Source: Giardia intestinalis (lineage: Eukaryota). Taken from it: 64,000 nt of DNA. Numbering within the stretch: the stretch's first letter is position 1; every line of letters begins with the position of its first letter. The translations under genes and the position numbers were made by a program. Shown here piece after piece: positions 56,001 to 64,000 of this stretch. Below the pieces are notes generated by a model, which was not told where the DNA came from, made no database searches, and worked only from the letters and a program-made list of their open reading frames with translations. Location: the NCBI GenBank assembly GCA_000002435.2, contig CM018789.1; one strand, written 5' to 3'.

Positions 56001-57025
56001 ACCGATCCCGCGAATTTGCTGCTTTTGAAACCTCACTGGCTGCCAAGCCAGAGAATATATCTTCTCAAGAAAACGCTGATTCAGAACAGGACACGGCAAA
56101 GAAGGAAAAGCGATCGGAGAAACACACCAACGAGGCAAACGAGGCTGCAAGGAAGCTCTTCAACGACAAAACTAATACAGATGCTGGCATAGTGCAGAGT
56201 CGAGAGTTTGCCAAGAAGGTTGAGGAGCAGTTGGAGAGAGGCTTCACCCTTGAAGATTACTGCTCCCAGTTTCGCGCTGACCTTCTGGGATCTTTCACAG
56301 AGCATAACTTTATCGATCTGTTTGCAACGGATCTTGGTCTACGCGCGTGCGCGATTGCACTGGGCCTCTTGAACTGTGGGGGAATGAATTCGAGCTTCTC
56401 CATTCTTACCCCAGCAGGCCTCCCGAAGACCACTGCCACAATAGGAGCGCTCTTATTTGCAGAATCACACATGTGGCATCCGTTTTCTCCCTGTATTGCC
56501 ATGTGCCTCGCACGCGACATCTGTATAACGGTCACTCCATCCGTCGATGAAGCAGGACAGCTGACCATGGAGATAGCCGAGGGCATTCTCTTGATAGATA
56601 AGGCGCACGACTATCCTTATCCGGACCTGTCAGTGGAGAGGACAGCCACAATGTGGGACAAGTACGTTAAAAATGCCAAGCTTTCTCTGGGTACAGCGAG
56701 ACGACATGTCAGCGAGATTGACACAGAAGGTACAGAGATATCGAACTTCTCTTATGTGAGGAAGGCGAGTCGAACGGCTACTCAGCGCTTTTTGCACGAG
56801 GCTATGAATGCAAATCTAGGGGATGTCGTGGTAGACGATACTGTTAAAAAAGAGAGTGAGCAGAAGCTTCACTCTAACGAAGGAGCTTACAGCATCTTGC
56901 AAACGCCGTGTCGTATACTTAAGAGACAGGTGGAGCATGTGATAATCCCAGAGAATAGCGATTTAGTACCCATATCCTCAATGTCCCAAGGAATCGTTGT
57001 TATGTGTGAAATCGTCGATCTCTGA
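52979..57025 (+). CDS. proteasome/cyclosome (PC)-repeat protein, most likely 26S proteasome regulatory subunit RPN2 (alternative: APC1-like)
   Basis: Repeated PC-repeat blocks include GMLLGLGIMTS, YGILFGLGLIHLGD, GPIALGLAYAHTNSLEVATQLV, RQGAALALGYINAGTWDPVVVKELRDLMSDQVEAVRTHAIIAQALVL and CAIALGLLNCGG. There is a charged KKEKRSEKH segment near the C-terminus, as in Rpn2. Length 1348 aa. Confidence 0.55.
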   Translation: MKVNLTQKQMASAALALLHAPGFSTNEEAIKLVQEQIETIHYQVDTGTIVDLCRVALQTKAPSLCLLLSRFYHAESRIGLAAFFALLPDPAVLSLTESDLYSQEIMTSIVDFYIAYRSGLVAGSLASVRYTEDSTTGNLRQVSQPHGSSSVNCSAHGSSVIFGKQSATDLLASRQSVHFANKNATLFGLDQSGSVLLDDQSRAGAAGCSSSTLIGKSVVGHSSQADRNRTRMLTDDEFVKMYITSRPTTTYQELCTIGNPDSIVFSELLHADLNKITAVIDAIIEGSKMHSKLSFLLQTQHIEPTRKAENVTIDLSYLQIPGMPDLQPTDIQTNADNDFVIPRLSELTSVTATPFIRQLPLDTLRTMEKDAHFITDFAFCSSILCAVGDEYKRRCLFEDAARCYAQNSNLEPLATLFLDMIKLISEPSGAASTVSVPAPENKVRNIIISHTIQLAFQVFQDLPGAMLDNLISMLKEESIPTPFGSAFLGSLKNHILTGKCQSSLYKTVFAEKTNTRIDRNILLKIQQNIHRSSSDSFIITTAFFMASLMHAQLGHSLQSTKDPSVNLSTWDKFGRISYEGIIFRGVTMPGDVGVYNKYYSVMKAGNLTADIDGYACGGMLLGLGIMTSEMPSVDGFSSYTLLNAAEPILSNPGRYMLLFDENGMLAPRPSMSVQGYEAFVFGYAVSAGLMCLGTSNEKLTTRLKSLLTSPAASHPDAIYGILFGLGLIHLGDPLFLKAFNFNEFYISKFGMGMTTSKTTITVTDEPPKLYTDLAATVLEFLVSKHEKVRTGAAMCIALCCYCIDAQANQAIEFLLDFEPRIQTSHLTSNKLCDGIQKAGPIALGLAYAHTNSLEVATQLVSIASRSTVDEVSYHGLVMIAFVLSSQRSFANELLILAAKSHRVACRQGAALALGYINAGTWDPVVVKELRDLMSDQVEAVRTHAIIAQALVLQTCSAPTLPEKIKIESDAPLGDRQKNVIYKQDHDPTFIRKVAALNKLRHIPGRVQDRSREFAAFETSLAAKPENISSQENADSEQDTAKKEKRSEKHTNEANEAARKLFNDKTNTDAGIVQSREFAKKVEEQLERGFTLEDYCSQFRADLLGSFTEHNFIDLFATDLGLRACAIALGLLNCGGMNSSFSILTPAGLPKTTATIGALLFAESHMWHPFSPCIAMCLARDICITVTPSVDEAGQLTMEIAEGILLIDKAHDYPYPDLSVERTATMWDKYVKNAKLSLGTARRHVSEIDTEGTEISNFSYVRKASRTATQRFLHEAMNANLGDVVVDDTVKKESEQKLHSNEGAYSILQTPCRILKRQVEHVIIPENSDLVPISSMSQGIVVMCEIVDL

Positions 57026-57095
57026 GTTTGTAGCCGTGTAAACCCCCACAAGAAGTTTTAATAATTAATTGCAAAGCTGCATTTTTAGTTAGATC

Positions 57096-58208
57096 ATGTC
57101 TGACAAACGCAAGCTTGCCATTGCCTACACAACTGCGTCGGAGCCCCTTGCACGGCGCATTATTAAACTCATCCAGCCACTATATGAGTATTCTGTAGTT
57201 ATCACCCTCAACATAAAGCAGTTCAGTGATGGAGAGATTAACCTTCAGTACGAGTCCAATATCCGCGGCTGCGACCTTTTCATAGTCGGAGCTATCTGCC
57301 CTCCCCGCTGCAACGACAATCTCATGGAATTGCTGCTCGCCATCGATGCGGCAAAGCGTGCGTCGGCCGCCCACGTTACTGCCATTATTCCATACTTTGG
57401 ATATGCACGCCAGGACCGTAAGGCTGCCTCGCGCACGCCCATCTCAGCAAAGCTGGTAACGGACCTTTTAATTGCATCTGGTGTGGATCGTGTCGTGGTC
57501 CAGGATATTCACGCCGCCCAGATCCAAGGCTTCTTCCCGTCGTCCATACCCTTTGATCACATTGACGGCTACCTCGTGTTCATCCAGGCGATAATTGACA
57601 GATTTGAAGAAGATATTAAGAACCTGATTGTTGTGTCTCCCGATGCCGGAGGGGCTACCCGGTGCCGTAACCTGGCAACCCAGCTGCATGCCGACATCGC
57701 GATTATAGATAAGCGCAGGGTTGTCGCCAACATGTGCGACGTGATGAACGTTGTTGGGGACGTCAACGGCAAGATCTGCCTTCTCTATGATGACATTGTG
57801 GACACTGCCCGGAGCCTTACCAAGGCCGCCCAAGCCCTCAAGGAAAAGGGTGCAGAGCAGGTCTTTGCGTGTGCGTCACATGCAGTGCTCTCTGGAGAAG
57901 CCACGAGGAAGATAAAGGAAAGTTGCATCGACTACATTCTTTTCTCTGACTCCATTCCTCTGTCTCCTAAGCAGATTGAGGAGCTTGGCGAGAAGCTCCA
58001 GATTGTCAGTGGGGACTTCATGTTCGCCAACTGCATCAATTGCATCCACACAGACACCTCCTTTGGCGAGAGCATCAAGTCTGTAAAGGTGCTGGCCGAG
58101 CAGAAGCTCTCAAAGATCACAAAGGGGTACAGTAGCAGCGATGGGGTTGTCGTTAGCCGGGAACAATCAGTCGATCTTCGTCGCTTTGATGTCGGTACAA
58201 AGCAGTAG
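57096..58208 (+). CDS. PRPS: ribose-phosphate pyrophosphokinase (PRPP synthetase)
   Basis: FSDGEINLQYESNIRGCDLFIV is the N-terminal flexible-loop region. AIIPYFGYARQDRK is the hallmark PRS motif. The PRPP-binding loop is VVSPDAGGATR...LLYDDIVDTARSL. Length 370 aa. Confidence 0.9.
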   Translation: MSDKRKLAIAYTTASEPLARRIIKLIQPLYEYSVVITLNIKQFSDGEINLQYESNIRGCDLFIVGAICPPRCNDNLMELLLAIDAAKRASAAHVTAIIPYFGYARQDRKAASRTPISAKLVTDLLIASGVDRVVVQDIHAAQIQGFFPSSIPFDHIDGYLVFIQAIIDRFEEDIKNLIVVSPDAGGATRCRNLATQLHADIAIIDKRRVVANMCDVMNVVGDVNGKICLLYDDIVDTARSLTKAAQALKEKGAEQVFACASHAVLSGEATRKIKESCIDYILFSDSIPLSPKQIEELGEKLQIVSGDFMFANCINCIHTDTSFGESIKSVKVLAEQKLSKITKGYSSSDGVVVSREQSVDLRRFDVGTKQ

Positions 58209-58320
58209 TTTCTGTACTGTTATTGGCTTCCAGGAAGCATAATATTAGAGTGTAAATGGCACGGACGCCTGCTCATTGATTTTCTTGTGGGCGGTAGGTC
58301 CCCGAGAAAGAATTAATTAA

Positions 58321-61300
58321 ATGTCATCCCTCCAGCAGCAGCTCAGTCGGCTGTCCTCTGAGACCATAGTCTTCAGCTCGACCGGGGCTCGTAAGAATGT
58401 CCCGTCTCTACTGTATGGAGACAATGCAAAGTCAATTTCCGTGGAGACAATTCATGAAATAGCGCTCGCCGCCCTTACAGAACTGCAGGGTATCGACCCC
58501 AGTTTCGCCGCCTTCAGAGCCAATATCTTCCATCCCAGTGCCCCACAATATGACCGGGAAGCCCACACAGAGGAACACAATCTGACATTTATAGACAAGC
58601 CGATGTCTCTCTTCCTGGACCAAGTAATCCCATATCTTCATCTTCCTGCGGCTCACAGGGCCATCGAGTTCCTTATTCGTCGCTTCCGTGCAGATATTAA
58701 GTGCGTTGAGCAGCTTGTAATGGCCTTTCTACCTTATCATGAAACGGTAATCTTCAGTTATCTGGTTACCTGTCTTTTCAGCATGAATGATCCTGAAAAA
58801 CTCCCTAGCTCTCATATTTTGCTTTTGCTGGGCCGGGATGGGTGGCCAGGTCCTCGATCTATACTTCTGAAGCAGCTCCGGAGAAATTCATACAGTCTTT
58901 ATGCTAAGCTGATCTCTAAGGTCGTTGACCTCGAAAGGGTTTCGCCAGAGTCGTGCCTCTTCTACATGCGGTTCTGCTTTGCCGTCACGTATGACCTTCT
59001 GGGATTCCCTTCCCTGGGCCAGGATCAGGTGCTTCTTCGAGAAACGCTTCGGCTTGTCTCCTGGGCTCTGGGTCCCAAGGCTCACTCAGAGTGCCGAGAT
59101 GCGGCGTGTCTTCTGCTCCTGAGGGCCCCTCCTGTACTCTTGCATGGCCTTGCAGAGTCGAAGCAAGGCAGAAATGTCATGAAGCTTTTCCTCTTGCATC
59201 CTGTTAGCGGGGATCGTCGGAGGGCTCTCAAGGTTCTTTTAGGACTTACACACAACGCTCTGGAGAATAATGTCCCCACTGTACTGACCCTGACTGACAT
59301 GCTTTACAGCCTGTGCCAAGGAGATTGGGTACTAGAGCTCACGGGGAGCGCGTTTTCTGACCTTGTCAACACAGCAGCTAAGAGGAAGACAGACGATAAA
59401 TGCCGCACTCTGCTGGTATCCTTCACATATATCTTCTCTGACTCACTCTTCCGCTTCACAGTTGTTCCCTGGAAGTCCACAAGTGTGCCAGACAAAGATC
59501 GGCCAAGTCTGCTGGCAGCTTTTAGAAACGGGCTTCGGAGCATCACTGCTGCACTCCGGGCCATTGTTGAGGGGGATAAGCAGAAGGAGAAGACTCTTCG
59601 TGTTGGACTCTCTAAGCTGATCAGGCACGTAGCGTTTCTCATTGCAAAGTACACCCTTGTCGATCCAGACCCGTCGTCAAACTTAGAGCTCCAGGAACTT
59701 GCACGGTTAGCAGCTGACATCGATGTGCGTAGCTTCGCCAGTGGGGCTATGCAATCGGTAGAGGAAACATCGGCGGAACCCCGTGACTCTGGTGCAGACG
59801 TCCCAAATCGTGTATTGGCACTTTTGTTTGGAGAGAATAGAGAGGAATACTGGATGTTAGCCCCAGTGGCGGCGCCTTCAGGCGTGCCCTGTATATTGGC
59901 CCTTGATAGTAGCTCAACGGAGCTGAGGACAATGGGCTACAGCCAGGTTCAGGTTCTGATAGAAAAATTCGTGAACCAGAAGCCGGTAAACATTAACGGA
60001 TTGCTGAAAACTCTTCCTCTATTATGCACTCGCCTACTTTCGGAGGGAGACACAAAGCTCCTCGAGACTCTGTGCGGCTGTATATCCCATCTCATATCGT
60101 CCTTACCCCGAAGGCTATCTACCTCGCTTCCATCGGATGAGCTAATGACGCTTCTTTCTGAGACAGTCTTTTTCTACAAGCGTCTGATATCTAACGGGAT
60201 GCTGACTGATACCTATTTGTCCACGCTTGCACAGCTGCGGGAGTGTCTCTTTTGCCTTACAAAAGAGGAGATCGGCCAGGAGTATGCCTATCTTGGGGCA
60301 CACTTAGAGTTGCTGCAGTCCCCTGATGCATCGCATAGAGTGCTTTCCGTCGAGGAGCTCATCTTTCCATTTGGTAGTATAGCAGGAATGCTTGAAGCTG
60401 TGATGCTCTCTATAAAGAATGGTTATGCGTCTAAGCATTCAGATATAATTATAACGCACGTTTTGCAGATTGATGCCGCCGTCTCAGAAGGCTCTAAGGA
60501 GGGTGCCGTGTTTGAGGCATTTATATCACAGGTCCTTGCGTCTCCGGGCTACTCACATTTATTTGTTGATGTCCTTTGCCAGCATATTGCGGGATGCTCT
60601 GCATTTTTGCTAAACACAGCGATAAAGCACAGTACCAGCCCTGACGTTTTGACGAGAATAGGGACAGCTTATGTAGCAGACAAGGACTTGTCTGCGTGGT
60701 CCACTCCCTTATTTAGCGGGTCGTTCGATAAGTTACTTGCAAGCTGCATATTGCACAACATTTTCACGGACCAAACCTGGGTCTCTAGGGCAGTGGAGCA
60801 TTTTCAAAGCGCGTCTTCGAAAAAGGCATCTAAGCGCTCTTCCGCTAAAGCCTCAAGAGGATCGTCGAAGCGTGAGTCAACTGTTATTCAGTCTCCCAAT
60901 GTAGAGGGGAATAGCACATGCGACCCTGACTTTCTTATTGCCTGTGCATTTTATGTCTTGGACAATAAGGATGAGCAAGGCACAGAGCTTCTTAGGACTG
61001 CAAGCCAGGGGTTACATCTTCTTGGCAGCAAGATCAGTAAGGACATCTATGGCCCTATTTGCGAGGCTTTGCAAAGCGCCCTGGGTACAGGAGAGCCATT
61101 TGACTTGTCCGGTTCCATCACCGAGCTCCTGACTTTGATAGCAGGCTCGACGCGTATGTGCCATGTGTTCATAGCACAGTTCATTAGCAAGGCTCTGATA
61201 TGCTGCATAGATCAATGCGAGGAAGGTAGCAACCCTGTAGAAATGCTCACAGACATAGCCATGTTCATTAATAACGCCTCCTCTGAATCATCGCCTACCA

Positions 61301-64000
61301 CGATGGTGTTGTTTGGGCACGCCCTAGAAAAGTCCGTCCTTACATTGCTGGGGAGGCTCTCATACACAGATCGCATAGGGATGCTGCTACTGCCTGATCA
61401 TGGCGATTGCGCTGATCCTATGATTTCCACCTTCTGTGAACAGTCGTCTCTGAGTCCCAACTTCCTTCAAACGTCTCTTTCCAGCTCACGCATGACAAAT
61501 CCAGTTAAGAGTTCACTGATTAACCTTGCAGAATCCTGCTATGTTTGTATGGTTTCCATTGCAGACTCCATTACAGACAAGGAGGTCTCTGCGTGTGAGA
61601 TCCCTCTTCAGCAGGCACGACTCTACGCTGTCTTAGCTGTACTCGGAACCATTCCAGAGCTTGTCTCCCTGTCACATGACATATCGTCACTGGCTTTTAT
61701 TCTGCTAGGAGGCTGCGACTGTGCATCTGTTCCTGAGGAGCTAGCCACTATCTACAAGGATCTGGCAGTAAGCAGCTTTGAATATTTGCTTCCCATACCA
61801 CTTTCAGTGGCTACTGAGCTAAGGCGTCTGGCATCTGACTACGTTTCTCGTGCTCCTCTGGCAGTGGCGTATGTTAACGATTATATTTCAACATTCCCCA
61901 TAGAATTTCTCGAATCCTTGACGCGCAGAAGACATCTAATAGATGACCCTGGTGCTCTTCTGAGCATTCTTATTGCACAGATTGCAGGCGGAGACATTCA
62001 GATTAATCCTGAAAGCCGACGTGAGGTTCTTATCCTGCGGCTGGTGCTGCGGATGATGTCCTTTAGCTCCTCTGATAGATCGATAGATAGCTATCAGGAG
62101 AAAAATGTCTATGGGGAGTTTGCCGACAAAGACCAGAAGACGCCAGAAGACGACGATAACTCTAAGACCCTGTCTCTTTTGAGATCTTTGGAGGCCTTTG
62201 ACCAGATGTCTTGCATTGTGCCGTCGCAAACAGACGCAGAAAGCCTCTCGGGCCTTTGCTTTTATCATCCCGAGCTTCTGGCATGCGCACAAACAGTCGC
62301 TCCCGATCGCTTTCAGACGTTATTCATTGCCCGTATGGTCAATAGATTGACGGCAGAGCCGTATCCCTCACCACTGCCCCCAGAGAAGATAAGTCAGGTC
62401 ATTATTAATCTCTTCCAACTCGCAACTAAAATTTACCCGGATACCTCTTTGTTCTGGAGCACGGCAGTCACGCTAATCAGGACCAGTGTAGACCTGACCT
62501 CACGTGAGCTAATCTCAGCTCTTGATCAGCAAAGAATCTTCCTGGCTATTCTTTCTCTGACGGAACAGGTGCACCACAGCATTTACCTCCTGATCTTCAT
62601 CCTTTCTAACATATACTCCAAAGCCAATGACACAGAAACTAAGAAGGCCCCAAAGGTCTTGCAGGATCAGTTGATAGGACACTTTGTTACACGAGTGGAT
62701 ATGGAACGTCAACTGCAGGCGCTTTATCTTCTCTGCCACGGGGTTGTCTGGAACTTTCTAAAGACAGGAGTACATGAGCAGAATCTTGAAGATGCCATCA
62801 ATGTACTGTCTAAGACGGCACACTGCATAGATCCTGACAGGAAGATGCTTGAATCATCAGCGACCATGCGGTCTCTGGGGTTCTCTCTACTATTCGATGA
62901 TCTTAGCTCCAGTTTGAATTTTCTCAATAGAAACGTTTCTGAAGAAGAGGATGTTAATTCCGTATTCGAAGATAATCCCGTAGGAGGAGAGAGGGGCAAC
63001 AGTGAGCAGGATGACGAGGCAGTTGCATGTGAGGATAACTTCCTTTCGACTCTCTTAATCCATGTTATGCGTGAAATTTGGAAGATACGGTCAATTGATG
63101 GTACGGAGAAGTCGTTGAAGAAAAAGGCACAATCCGACCCTGCACTTATGGGAGCGTTGAAGGCCGTGCAAATGAGCATCGACACTATGATAGTCTACTT
63201 GGACACATACGCATTCTATGTTACTACCCAGACAGAGCAATCTGTTGTCCGCTATGCCATGTCATCCATTATTGGAGCCTCCATTCTGCGGGTTAACGAT
63301 AAGGAGCGGGGAAGCAAGCTACTGGAAAAGCTCGTCGCTAATCTTAGCGTCACATCATTGTCCATGGCGTGCGTGAAGCTGTATCAAAATATCTTAGACG
63401 GTATAAATCTACAACAGCCATGCGTGACTCTCTTCCTGCTTCTTCGGCAAAAGATATCAGGCACACTTGAAGGCCGTAGAGTGGACGTAGAAGACGTGAA
63501 GCAGGCTTTTCTCGTACTATATAATGTTTTTGTCGATGTTATTGCCGAAGACGTTGACAGAGATTTGAAGAAGTTGATTTTAGATGTTTTGGTAGAATTC
63601 TGTACTGGATTTCCTACTGTCTTAGACCCTGCAGCCGCGGTGGCAATAACGAAGGCTATTTCCTCCGCAGAGTTCTATGTGTCACTTTCATCATTGACTG
63701 ACGGGGCGTCTAACATCCTACATGGTAGCTTGTACGCTCTTGGACACTTAGTTGAGGCGTGCGACTGCTCCATCATTCCCGTGCTCAAGGAACTTGTTCC
63801 GCCTTTACTCGGCTATCTTAACGCCCAGGTGGTCAGGGAGGGGATATCAGCCCGCATGGAATCCTTCGATGTCTCTTTCTATTCAGAAACAACTCTTGCT
63901 GTTGTCACTGTACTCTCTAGCTTGATGATCTCCCAGGGGCGCTTCATGACTCCTTATCTCTCTGAGGTTATCACCCTGCTCTGTATCTTATGTCCACTTG
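58321..64000 (+). CDS. very large hypothetical alpha-helical (HEAT/ARM-like) protein, 5' partial with 1893+ aa inside the window, continuing past the right edge
   Basis: I translated the frame from the ATG at 58321 and found no stop through 64000. Leu-rich helical-repeat character. It is absent from the ORF track, probably because it is not terminated within the window. Confidence 0.6.
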   Translation, partial: MSSLQQQLSRLSSETIVFSSTGARKNVPSLLYGDNAKSISVETIHEIALAALTELQGIDPSFAAFRANIFHPSAPQYDREAHTEEHNLTFIDKPMSLFLDQVIPYLHLPAAHRAIEFLIRRFRADIKCVEQLVMAFLPYHETVIFSYLVTCLFSMNDPEKLPSSHILLLLGRDGWPGPRSILLKQLRRNSYSLYAKLISKVVDLERVSPESCLFYMRFCFAVTYDLLGFPSLGQDQVLLRETLRLVSWALGPKAHSECRDAACLLLLRAPPVLLHGLAESKQGRNVMKLFLLHPVSGDRRRALKVLLGLTHNALENNVPTVLTLTDMLYSLCQGDWVLELTGSAFSDLVNTAAKRKTDDKCRTLLVSFTYIFSDSLFRFTVVPWKSTSVPDKDRPSLLAAFRNGLRSITAALRAIVEGDKQKEKTLRVGLSKLIRHVAFLIAKYTLVDPDPSSNLELQELARLAADIDVRSFASGAMQSVEETSAEPRDSGADVPNRVLALLFGENREEYWMLAPVAAPSGVPCILALDSSSTELRTMGYSQVQVLIEKFVNQKPVNINGLLKTLPLLCTRLLSEGDTKLLETLCGCISHLISSLPRRLSTSLPSDELMTLLSETVFFYKRLISNGMLTDTYLSTLAQLRECLFCLTKEEIGQEYAYLGAHLELLQSPDASHRVLSVEELIFPFGSIAGMLEAVMLSIKNGYASKHSDIIITHVLQIDAAVSEGSKEGAVFEAFISQVLASPGYSHLFVDVLCQHIAGCSAFLLNTAIKHSTSPDVLTRIGTAYVADKDLSAWSTPLFSGSFDKLLASCILHNIFTDQTWVSRAVEHFQSASSKKASKRSSAKASRGSSKRESTVIQSPNVEGNSTCDPDFLIACAFYVLDNKDEQGTELLRTASQGLHLLGSKISKDIYGPICEALQSALGTGEPFDLSGSITELLTLIAGSTRMCHVFIAQFISKALICCIDQCEEGSNPVEMLTDIAMFINNASSESSPTTMVLFGHALEKSVLTLLGRLSYTDRIGMLLLPDHGDCADPMISTFCEQSSLSPNFLQTSLSSSRMTNPVKSSLINLAESCYVCMVSIADSITDKEVSACEIPLQQARLYAVLAVLGTIPELVSLSHDISSLAFILLGGCDCASVPEELATIYKDLAVSSFEYLLPIPLSVATELRRLASDYVSRAPLAVAYVNDYISTFPIEFLESLTRRRHLIDDPGALLSILIAQIAGGDIQINPESRREVLILRLVLRMMSFSSSDRSIDSYQEKNVYGEFADKDQKTPEDDDNSKTLSLLRSLEAFDQMSCIVPSQTDAESLSGLCFYHPELLACAQTVAPDRFQTLFIARMVNRLTAEPYPSPLPPEKISQVIINLFQLATKIYPDTSLFWSTAVTLIRTSVDLTSRELISALDQQRIFLAILSLTEQVHHSIYLLIFILSNIYSKANDTETKKAPKVLQDQLIGHFVTRVDMERQLQALYLLCHGVVWNFLKTGVHEQNLEDAINVLSKTAHCIDPDRKMLESSATMRSLGFSLLFDDLSSSLNFLNRNVSEEEDVNSVFEDNPVGGERGNSEQDDEAVACEDNFLSTLLIHVMREIWKIRSIDGTEKSLKKKAQSDPALMGALKAVQMSIDTMIVYLDTYAFYVTTQTEQSVVRYAMSSIIGASILRVNDKERGSKLLEKLVANLSVTSLSMACVKLYQNILDGINLQQPCVTLFLLLRQKISGTLEGRRVDVEDVKQAFLVLYNVFVDVIAEDVDRDLKKLILDVLVEFCTGFPTVLDPAAAVAITKAISSAEFYVSLSSLTDGASNILHGSLYALGHLVEACDCSIIPVLKELVPPLLGYLNAQVVREGISARMESFDVSFYSETTLAVVTVLSSLMISQGRFMTPYLSEVITLLCILCPL

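Noticed and set aside
1-64000. Prokaryotic-style defence system, CRISPR array, operon or mobile element
   Set aside because: There are no direct-repeat/spacer arrays, no transposase or integrase or RT domains, and no inverted terminal repeats. The gene structure is eukaryotic: divergent AT-rich promoters, ankyrin, kinase and nucleoporin-type proteins. The only repeats are two short microsatellites and intragenic protein repeats.

Overview
This window is eukaryotic, intron-poor and very gene-dense, with about 38 protein genes on both strands separated by short AT-rich spacers of 17-240 bp, or overlapping; it contains no prokaryotic features such as CRISPR arrays, operon-like RBS patterns or mobile elements. 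The gene content and architecture point to a diplomonad, most plausibly a Giardia-like genome. Supporting evidence: multiple 'Protein 21.1'-type ankyrin-repeat genes, two of them with degenerate NEK-like pseudokinase heads; a secreted EGF/tenascin-like Cys-rich protein; a monothiol CGFS glutaredoxin with a long N-terminal extension; bacterial-type nitroreductase and MBL-fold hydrolase; AGTRAAY motifs just after several stop codons; and about 48% GC. Genes I can call from conserved motifs are: a DENR/TMA22-like SUI1 protein, Grx5, cytidine deaminase, a giant Cdc15/MAP3K-epsilon-like STE kinase, an Rpb11/AC19-like RNA-polymerase subunit, an ESCRT-III (CHMP2-like) subunit, an S28 Pro-X carboxypeptidase, an OSCA/TMEM63-like channel, a glyoxalase-II-like MBL hydrolase, tRNA-Ser(UGA), alpha-SNAP, an Sm protein, a MYG1 hydrolase, a nitroreductase, FKBP12, a PC-repeat Rpn2-like proteasome subunit and PRPP synthetase. 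The rest are hypotheticals, including a large HEAT-like ORF running off the right edge. The most interesting feature is a neighbourhood at about 43.6-49.8 kb. It holds two adjacent FG-repeat proteins with C-terminal coiled coils (a Nup62-like and a Nup54/58-like central-channel nucleoporin candidate), followed by two paralogous reticulon/PRA1-like double-hairpin membrane proteins that flank an 872-aa putative beta-propeller protein. This is a candidate nuclear-pore and membrane-shaping gene cluster in a lineage where nucleoporins are poorly defined. A 600-bp island of about 68% GC next to the tRNA gene is unexplained. All functional calls are motif-based inferences from reading the translations; no database searches were run.
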